A DNA stretch of 64,000 nucleotides, taken from assembly GCA_951406725.2 (NCBI GenBank), contig OX597814.1:127286001-127350000 (forward strand), written 5' to 3'. Below the pieces are notes generated by a model. It saw nothing but the letters and a program-made list of their open reading frames with translations, was not told the DNA's origin and searched no databases. The DNA comes from Octopus vulgaris (lineage: Eukaryota). Position 1 is the stretch's first letter; each line of letters opens with the position of its first letter. Made by a program: the position numbers and the translations under genes. Positions 54,983 through 64,000 of this stretch are shown in pieces.

Positions 54983-55458
54983 GGTTTCAAATTTTGGCAC
55001 AAAGCCAGCAATTTCAGAGCAGGATTAAATCAATTACATTGATCCGAGTGCCCAACTGGTACTTATTTCATTGACCCTGAAAGGATGACAGGCAAAGTTG
55101 ATGAAAGTTGGTGAAAATGGATGAAAGGTAAAGTTGACCTTGGTGGAATTTAAACTCAGAATGTAAGGACAGATGAAATGCCACGAAGCATTTTGTCCAG
55201 CATGCTAATGATTCTGCAAGCTCGCTGCCTTAATAATAAAAATAATTCTTTCTACTATAGGCACAAGGCCTGAAATTTAAGGGAGGGAGTTTGTTGATTA
55301 CATCAACTCCAGTGCTCAACTGGTACTTATTTCATCAATCCCGAAAGGGATGAAAGCAAAGTTGACCTTGGTGGAATTTGAACTCAGAATTCAAGGACAG
55401 ATGAAATGCCGCAAAACATTTTGCCTGGCATGCTAATGATTCTGCTAGCTTGCTGCCT
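54983..55458 (-). mobile_element. Two tandem TTA-tailed SINEs
   Basis: Reverse complements of the 40553 family (ggaatttgaac...tgctagcttgctgcct), separated by (taa)n. Confidence 0.8.
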
Positions 55459-55569
55459 TATATAATAATAATAATAATAATACTCGCCCTAGGATGCTGG
55501 GTGTGCCTCAGTGAGTGATTGTAATAAATATGCAGATTAAAAGTAAATAATAATAATAATAATAATAAA

Positions 55570-56121
55570 TGCCCTGATACAGTACCAGGTAGTGGCTTTC
55601 ATGGCTTCTGATCTTAACTGATTGGAAGTGTTATCATGTACATTGTTTTGTCTTGGTATAAAAGATGAGCTACAGCAAATATTCTGCTGAATACCACAGA
55701 TTTGCTTTGTCAGTTGCTTGACCATAACCATTTGAGCATGTCCCTTAGTGGCTGACGATATGTGGCTGATCATGAGCAGAAGTAGTGGGAGAGTATCATA
55801 GCCATGTGTTGAGAGGAATTCTTTGGGGTTTGGATAATTCACCTTTGGAAACATGCGTGTTTTGTTCAACATCCTTAAACAACCCTTATTCAGAGACCTT
55901 TTGAGCGGAATGGGCTAGTGGACCTGAAGAAAATTCCAACTGGGCCCCACCTACAAGGTCATGCACTGTTAATCTTGATATTAGATCATTATGTCGCATA
56001 CATATGGTTTCGATGCATGTACCTGGTGTATCCTTATCAAACAGGTAGTCATGGCAGGTATACTGGGCTTCGTATGTTTTACTCCAGTGTCACTTTGATG
56101 GCATGCACTGCTCTCCCACTC
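55570..56121 (+). mobile_element. About 550-bp non-coding retroposon embedded in (TAA)n
   Basis: Starts tgccctgatacagtaccagg and ends ctctcccactc-(aat)n. Homologous to 40782-41280. Confidence 0.8.
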
Positions 56122-57835
56122 AATAATAATAATACAGAAGAGAGGGTACATGAATTGCAACAAAATACAGAGTTTACTGACTGTCTATGAGCAGTAGGTG
56201 ATGGCATCCAAAATGAGTGACCTATAGATATGAAAATATCACATTTGTGACTATGAACCCTATAGATAAACTGACTAACAACATTGCCTCAAACCAGTTG
56301 CTTTGGAAATGTGTCAGTAACCAGGGGGCAGTTAATACAACAAAAATCTTGACACAAAGTAGTAAATGATTAAATGTTTGAATGGCTAATATGTGTCCTC
56401 CATGCTGTAGCTATTACACACACACACACATACATATATTTATCACGATCATCATCATTTAATGTCTGTATTCAACAGCTGAACAGGATCTGATGAGCAA
56501 GAGGAATGCATTGAGCTCCAATCTTCAATATCTGCTTTGGCATGGTTTCTGTAATGGGATGCCATTCCTAATGCCAAGCAATTTACAGAGTGTACTGGAT
56601 ACTTTATATATGGCAATAGCATTAGCGCAGTCCTCAAGTAATTTGCAAAGTAAGACCCCTCAACTGAGTGGGGATGCAATATTAAAGAATGTGTACTTGA
56701 CCAGATGTTGAGAGGCTTAAGTATGAGAGGGTGACAGAAATAGGTATCTTGCTGTAGAGAAAATACACAGCTATTGTAGCAGGAAAGAGAGAAAGGATGG
56801 GAGATTAGGTATCAAAGCAACTCTCAATTGCATAAGTCAGATTAAAAAGGAACAGACACAGAGAATCAAGGATAGCTGGGTGATTTGGTTCATGTGAATG
56901 TGACATTTAAAGTGGGATTGAGGTGAAAGCAGTAAATAATGAACAGAGTGGAGTGTGGTCAATGGTGAATATCAGTTTGGAAGGTGAAGTAAAGGAAAAT
57001 AGAAATGGGTCAGGGAAGAGGAGGTGACAGTGACAATACATGAAAAGGCAGGTTGCAGTAGAAAGCAACATCATAATAAAGCTGTAGATAGACGAAATGT
57101 AGAGCTACAATAGAAAGAGAGATGGCTTTATGCTAGGACATGAAGGGTTACATTATGATAGAAGAGGCCAGAACAGAAAAAGTTTCTTGTTGAAGAGGAG
57201 CTACATGACTACTCACATTAGAAAAGAGAGGGTATACCATCAAAATGCAAGGTGAGTAGAAATGAGTGGGAATTGTAATAGCGAATAGTAAAGTGAAAGA
57301 TGTTTAGAAATGAAGTATGGGTGGAGAGGGGAATATAACAGAAGAACAATAAGTAGAGAAGAGCAGGTGATAACAGTATAAACTAGCTAGGGATGAGGGC
57401 TGGATGTACTGAATGGTGGATAAAGGGGGAATGACCATTGAGACATAAGTTGGAAGGAAGTCAGTTAGAGTAGGAAATGACTGACAGAGAAGAGAAAATG
57501 GGAAGGGGGGGAAAAACAGTAAGAGAGAGAGAGAGAATGACATGTGGTTGAGGATGATAAATGTAAAAAGTGGGTGGAGAAGACAGTATTAAGAATGGAT
57601 AACAAGTGAAATGGTTCTAAGTAGTAAGAAGGATACACAGCATCAGAGAAAAGCTGGTGAAGTATGCAGTTCAGCTCATATGTAATTACAGCAGTGGAAA
57701 TGGTTTGAGGAGGGAATTAAGTTGGGGAAAGGCCTCAATTGTGCATATATATCTATGTAAATATCCATGTATATATATATATAAATATACATGCATATGC
57801 ACACACACACACACGTGTATGTATGTATATATATA

Positions 57836-57998
57836 GTTGAAATTTACAGAAAAACAAAAGATGAAGACAGGTGTATTAGTTTGACGCTTGGGAAAGTGAG
57901 AAAGTCTTTTACGTTTCGAGCCTACGCTCTTCAACAGAAAGGAACGTGAAGAAATAAACAGAGAGAGAATAAAAAAACTTGTGGATTTAGCGATCAAT
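57836..57998 (-). mobile_element. Short non-coding pLTR/retrozyme-like unit with minimal hammerhead motif
   Basis: Abuts (TA)n. Shares tgt(t)att.g..gacgct..ggaaag and gtttcgagc..gctcttca.cagaaa with 63491-63684. Confidence 0.65.
57906..57941 (-). ncRNA. Minimal type-I hammerhead-like motif, A6U core variant
   Basis: CTTT-CTGTTGAA-GAGC-gtag-GCTC-GAAAC-GTA-AAAG: stem I CTTT/AAAG, stem II 4 bp, palindromic ACGT stem III, NUH = GUA. Confidence 0.6.
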
Positions 57999-58865
57999 AC
58001 TAATCTATATCTAATAGATGCTTTCAGGAGTTTGTCCTATTCTCCAACCATCCGCTCATATTTATGCAACAATTATTTGTTCCTCCACTGCTGTTTTATT
58101 TCTCCCTTTCTTCATTTCCTTTTATCTATTATTTGCTCATATGCTCTCTCCCTTTCTCCTGTCTCAATATTTGTTTCTCTTTGTTTCTCACTTTCTTTCT
58201 CTCTCTTACCACTTTGCTCACAGTCTACCAAGTGTTACAAACACTCTCTATTTCTATGTATTTATCTCTCTCTCTCACCATCTCTCAACACTTACAACTC
58301 CTCATAAAAATTTGCCAGCATCTTGAAGTACAAAGAAATGAACAGTAGTAATAAAATGGAGGGAGCAAAAGAAAAAGAAAACAATAAGATAGGAATAGGG
58401 AAGAAGAAACTGCTCTCTTGGCTGGATGTTATCTATTTCTCTTTTTATTTCTTTATTTCTTTTACAACTTTACTTTATAATTTCTTTCTCTCTCTCTTTG
58501 AATACTTACTGCTCCTCATAAAATTTGGTAATGTCTTTGGAGGTTTCACATCAAAAGTTATTTTATTTGAAAAGTGTATATGTCACAAAAGCATTATCTT
58601 TTCAGGTTAGTCTTTCTTTACATTTCCATATGTTCCATCACTCGAATCCTTTACATCTTTACAATTCTTGAAACTGCATTTGTATAATTTCTCAAGTCAT
58701 AACCACGTATCAGCATCAGACACTGATAACTTCATTCTATAACATTAACGTTCATATAATTTTTTGATCTTCTTGTTTTCCTTTTTTTAAATAAAAGAAT
58801 TTTTTCCTCTTTGGTATAACAGGAAGGAACACTTACTATTGTAGTAATCTGTTTCCATCGATAAT

Positions 58866-59880
58866 GTCACAGAAAAGATGTGCCCCATCAACAATATCTT
58901 CTGCTGTCAAATGCAAGTGGGCTCTGAGGACAGCATAAACATGAACAGCATCAACAAAGACCTTAAACTAATGTTATTAGGAACACAGCTTGTAGAAGAA
59001 AACTTGAGACTTGTAGTGTACATGGCACTCACCATAAACTGAATGCTACCAGGTAGGCTGCTCACAGACTGCTGGAGACACCTGATGAATAACAGACTAG
59101 CCTTCAACAGAATGCTACCAGACAGACTACGCATAGCATGAAATGCCACAACAGTGCCAGAGCAGGCAAGGCAGAAAACTCAGAGCAAAATAGAGGCTAG
59201 ATCCCAGTCATACACAAGCTATGACAAAAGGTGCTTTCACCTATGATCTTAGACATGACTGAAAAAGTAGTTTCAATTGCTACCATGTCCAAAATTTGTG
59301 GCACGTACTTGTCCAAGAAATGAAAACAAGACAAATGCAATATGCACATGCTGATCAACTAGAACCCCTAAAACAGTTTCTTATTGCCGTTACTGAGAAG
59401 TCCATGCATTTTTTCGAAGAATATCAGAAAATATAACTCTGCTGGTGAAATGACTTCCTTTGGAGCCAACAATATAGGAGAAGGGCAAACATTGTACAAT
59501 ATTGGTTCAGTTCAGTCTCTCCCAAAGTAACAGCTCTGGTTTCTGTACATGCACTTTGTTGATAACTTAAAGAGACAGTCTAATCATGGAAATACCTTCT
59601 CCCCAAACACAAGGTATGACTTTAATATATTATTCATATAAAGAGCAGATGTGTCACGAGTTTCAAAAATGTCTTTCTGTATGTAGCCACTTTAAAGCTT
59701 TGAATTGTCATTGATGAAAAGTACAGGCCACCTAGTGAATGTGCACATCATTCCAATGCACCTGAATGTAAGGAGGTTGCAGTCTGAATGAGTGGACATA
59801 TAGCAAAAGAGACAGCATTCTGAAGTACAAAGATAACACCATCAAATGAAACACAGACCCTATGATGTATCATGATACAT
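58866..59880 (+). mobile_element. Degenerate Helitron Rep/helicase N-terminal fragment
   Basis: Motifs in Helitron order: Arg/Leu-rich repeats, Cys cluster (about 59296-59353), (F)..NIRKYNSA..MTSFGA (about 59410-59468), GQ..Y.IGS, IVIDEKYRPPSECAHHSNAPECKEVAV (59704-59784) and HRPYD. Confidence 0.85.
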
Positions 59881-60004
59881 CCAAATGAAATAAAATGATT
59901 TTCCCCTTCACTTAACCAAACATTTTTATTTAATATGCTTGAAGTTAGTACATGCACATGTATATGTATACATATGTAAACACACACACACATATATACA
60001 CATA

Positions 60005-60829
60005 AAGTGTGAAGGGTAAATTGTTGCCATTTTATATTTTTAATTTTGCACATGCACATTGTTTTATGTTTTATTGATTACACAGTATAGTAGAGATAGT
60101 TGGGCACTATCTGTGAGAAAAACAGCACCATGATGCAATTTACTCTGCCAGAAATTTGGAAACAACATGCTGTACTGGTTGGCATTCGCGACAGAAGCTC
60201 CAATACAAACATGTAACGAGTGATAAAAATCAAGCATCCAGTCAACATCATGGTGTTTGGAATGATCACTACTGATGGTGACATTATGCCTCCATTCATC
60301 TTCCCACATGGCCTCAGACTCAACATGGAGGCCTACATCAAATGCCTGGAGAAGGCAATACTGCCCTGGGTCAAGAGGGTGGCTGCTGGAAGACCCTGTG
60401 TCTGGCAACAGGACTCCGCACCATGCCACACAAGAAAATCCAGACATAGCTGTCCGACAATTTCTGTGACAACATCACCCCTAAAATCTGGCCACTTAAC
60501 TCCCTAGACTGCAAACCCCTTGATTATCATGTGTGGGGTGTAGTTGAGCAAGAGACCAACAAAACTCCTTGTAACACCAAAGATGAACTGAAGGCAAGGA
60601 TTATGGCAGCATTCACCAACTCAAACAAGGAGACCATCCAGAAGAGTTGCAGGAGATTCCAAAGTCATCTGGAGGCCGCGGTTGAAACTAATTGTGATTT
60701 TATTGAATGAATTTACTCTTTAGTATTTCAAGATATTTTTATGTAATTTGGTAAATATATCTGTTAAAATGAGATGGCAGTGTTATTTTCATTTTTGTGA
60801 AATTTAGACAACAGTTTATTCATCACAAC

Positions 60830-60832
<3 letters not shown>
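60005..60832 (+). mobile_element. Internally deleted maT (DD37D-type) mariner
   Basis: KHPVNIMVFG..DGDIMPPFIF..VWQQDSAPCHT and WPLNSLDCKPLDYHVWG. Decayed TIRs gtgtgaagggtaaattgttgcc / gacaacagtttattcatcacaacctg. Confidence 0.88.
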
Positions 60833-60880
<48 letters not shown>

Positions 60881-61556
60881 GAAAGATGGATATTTAGTCA
60901 TCTTTCCTACCGCCATCAAGTGTATGTATCATTTGTTACTCTCCATCATATGTAATATCTACAAGTGTTACCTACTGTCTCCTCTTCCATCTAACAATCT
61001 CTCACTCACACATATGTACTTTCAACTGCTATCTACCTATACTAACTGTCCTTTTGTCACCACTCACATCTATTCACCTTCTACTAAGAGGCCCCACCCT
61101 TATAACTCATGGTGTTTTTTTTATCTCTTTTCAATTTCAACTTCTCTTCTATGTAAGAAGTTATGTAAATTCCCTATAGCAAGAAACCTGTTCATATATG
61201 CATGCATACACACATATAGAATATAAAGAAAGTCAGGAGGTATGAGATGAATATATATATTTCACCAGTTGATATCCATAAGGTTATGATCATTTTACAG
61301 CCAACATCATGAAATAAAGAATCTATTTTACTGTATAATAAATTATTTTACATATCTGCATTAGTGTATATGTTATAAATTACATAGTACTATTGTATAT
61401 TTTACATAATACAAGTATAGAATTCTAGCTCATCAGATCCACAAGAATATCATGGTTACATTCACTCTTCAACACCAATATACAATACAAAAAGTCATCT
61501 TTGCAATATACACATAGATATATATGTGTGTGCATATATATATATATATATCTCTA

Positions 61557-61910
61557 TCATCATCATCATATAATGTCCGTTTTCCATGCCGGTGTGGGTT
61601 GGACAGTGTGACTAAAAACTGGTAATCTGGGGAGCTGCATCAGGTTTCAATTTGATTTGGTAAAGTTTCTACAGCTGGATGCCCTTCCTAATGTCAACCA
61701 CTCCAAAAAATGTTATGTGCCAGTTACGAAACATCGGCATTGGTCCATGACTACAATCTCACTTGGCTTGACAGGTCTTCTCAAGCAGTGTATAACCAGT
61801 GTATTACTAAAGGTCTTGGTCATTTGCCACTATCTCCCTGGAGCCCAAGTTCGAAGGGTGCTTTTTACATGCCACCAGCCATGACTATGATTTCGTTTGG
61901 CTTGACAGGC
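61557..61910 (-). mobile_element. (GAT)n-tailed RTE 3'-UTR-related repeat
   Basis: catcatcat...aatgtccgttttccatgcc...acagctggatgcccttcctaa...aaggtcttggtcatttgcc. Confidence 0.7.
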
Positions 61911-63490
61911 ATACACACACACAGATGTACATACATGTATACATACCATCACCAGCATTTAACTTCCTCCTTCTGTGCAGGAATGAATGAGACAAGTTGA
62001 CAGGAGGTGGCAAATCAGAAGACTGCCATAAATATATATATACACACACACGCATCTACATAAATATGAACATATATCTATAGGTATAAATATATATACA
62101 TATATATATATATTGTAGAAATTCTGTGTGCAAACAGATGTGTGACTGCTACTGTTATGCTTAGGCCTTGATAAAAGATCATCATAATCAAGTCTGTTTC
62201 ATTTATAGTTGTTAAGTAACGTCTACACTAGTTATAAACTACAGAGCAATTGTAGGAGAAATAAAGATGAACACAAGCTTACATTATAATTCCTATGTGC
62301 GTTTCACCATTCTTGTTGTTTGGAGCCCTGCAATCTAAACTCTAATGACTCACAGATAACTGACTCCCATTTATTTATCTTTTACTCACCTCTCCGCCGA
62401 TTTCTCACCTGCCCTTTTCCCCACTCTACATTCCTCTTTCACTATCTCTTAACTGTATTTATTTATCTATTTAGCATATTTACATTTTTTAATTTTACTT
62501 ATAGTCATTCCACACAAATTATCATGTTGCTATGTTTCTATATATTACATTAATCCCTCACCATATTGTGGTTCACCTATTGCGGTTTATTATTTAAGCT
62601 TACGTTGATTCCTCTGTGGTGTTGTTTTGCATTTATAATAAAATATACACAAATTATAAAAATAAAGAACAAATATACAGTACAGTATTGTTTCTACTTC
62701 TGCGGATTTTCATCTATCGTGTGTGTGTGGGGGGGAACATAACACCCGTGATAGTCAAGAGATTACTGTACATACCTTATATTTAATTCATTTCTGTTTT
62801 AGTTATACAAATTATTCACTTTTTTTTCTTTTTCATGTCCATCTCTTTTTTTCCTTTTTACCTCTTCCTAATTTCCTCTTTACATTTTTGTATTTCTATT
62901 TTTTCCTTATTCTATTATCATTGTCAAGTTGTTTTCTTTATGACTCCCATTCTTCCCCTTCATCTTAAACCTCCTCATTCTATTGTTTTCTTTCTATTTC
63001 TTTCCCAAAATAATTATAAAATGCTTCGCCATATATCCAGCTTTGGATGTAGTTATCTTTAACTTAAAGCAATAAAGTGTTTCCTGATGATCCATTGTGG
63101 CTAGGTATTTAAATACATTTGGAACACTTATCACAGCGCTCCAAACAACCATAATGGTGAAACATATGTAGGAACTATAACATAAACTTGTGTTTATCCT
63201 AATTTCTCATGCATGCACACACACACACACACACTTTCTATCTTTTACATGTTTCAGCCCATAGGTTGTAGTCATGGAGTGTCACTGAAATGGGGTTGTT
63301 ACACTTTTACTGGCCAATCTTCTTTAGTTAGCATTTGGTGAATTTTGTATTCCAAAGTTGCTACTTTTAGTCATGTTTCATGCTGGAAAGTAGGATTACG
63401 TGGAATTCTAGAAATTAGATGTCTACATCTACAATATGTATGTCACTTAAGCCTTTCAGCATTATATATATATATATATATATATATATA

Positions 63491-63683
63491 AGTTAATCCA
63501 AACATGAAAACACAACAACACGAGGACGTGGAACAAGTAAAGTGTTATTGGACGCTCAGGAAAGGAAAGAAAGGAGGAATTAATGTTTCGAGCGGAGCTC
63601 TTCATCAGAAACATAGGAAAAGGAAAGATCCAAGGAAGGGAAGACGGAGGAAAAAAAATCGCCAACGATACACACGTGCTCAC

Positions 63684-63684
<1 letters not shown>
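63491..63684 (-). mobile_element. Short non-coding pLTR/retrozyme-like unit between (TA)n and (GA)n
   Basis: CpG-rich unit of about 195 bp, related to 57836-57998, carrying a hammerhead core. Confidence 0.65.
63578..63612 (-). ncRNA. Minimal type-I hammerhead-like motif
   Basis: GTTT-CTGATGAA-GAGC-tcc-GCTC-GAAAC-ATT-AA. ACATT is consistent with CpG decay of ACGTT. Only 2 bp of stem I are intact. Confidence 0.6.
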
Positions 63685-63732
<48 letters not shown>

Positions 63733-64000
63733 AATCTATGTATCATAATCAAAGTAGATACATCAGCAGAAGCTTAATTTACTGTCGTATTCATCCTCAG
63801 TTTTCTGAGGTGTATATGTGTTTTTAGTATGTACATTGTTAAAAAAACCCACAAAAATATGTTGGTAACCAGCAATGGTGGTGACATTGCTAAATGTGCA
63901 TTTCTACTCCCCTGGGCTCAGCCAGCAGCAAGCATCCACTGGCAGCCACATGACAAGACAAAATTACTCCATGCTGCCTGCTTATTGTAACATCAGTGAT

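Overview
This is AT-rich eukaryotic DNA with no recognisable host protein-coding gene, rRNA, true tRNA or CRISPR array. It reads as intronic or intergenic sequence. The SINE families, (TA)n/(CA)n/(GA)n/(TAA)n/(GAT)n microsatellites and transposon mix look like a coleoid cephalopod (Octopus-type) genome; this is recalled pattern recognition, not a search result. The window is mostly decayed mobile DNA: Penelope-like elements (PLEs), a Ty3/gypsy pol relic, an R4/Dong-type LINE 3' end, RTE and CR1-like LINE fragments, a Helitron Rep fragment, five Tc1/mariner relics, hAT MITEs and many SINEs. The main unannotated signal is RNA-structural. Six type-I hammerhead-ribozyme-like motifs (plus one weak candidate) fall in several unrelated repeat families. 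One near-canonical motif ends a PLE reverse transcriptase (15632-15700). Two belong to a homologous degenerate pLTR pair (about 3.7 kb and 38.1 kb). Two are minimal motifs in short (TA)n-anchored non-coding units (57.9 kb and 63.6 kb). One sits inside a 127-bp inverted repeat (40.3 kb). Two of the motifs carry U in place of the normally invariant A6. Element boundaries are read by eye and are approximate unless TIRs or TSDs are quoted.
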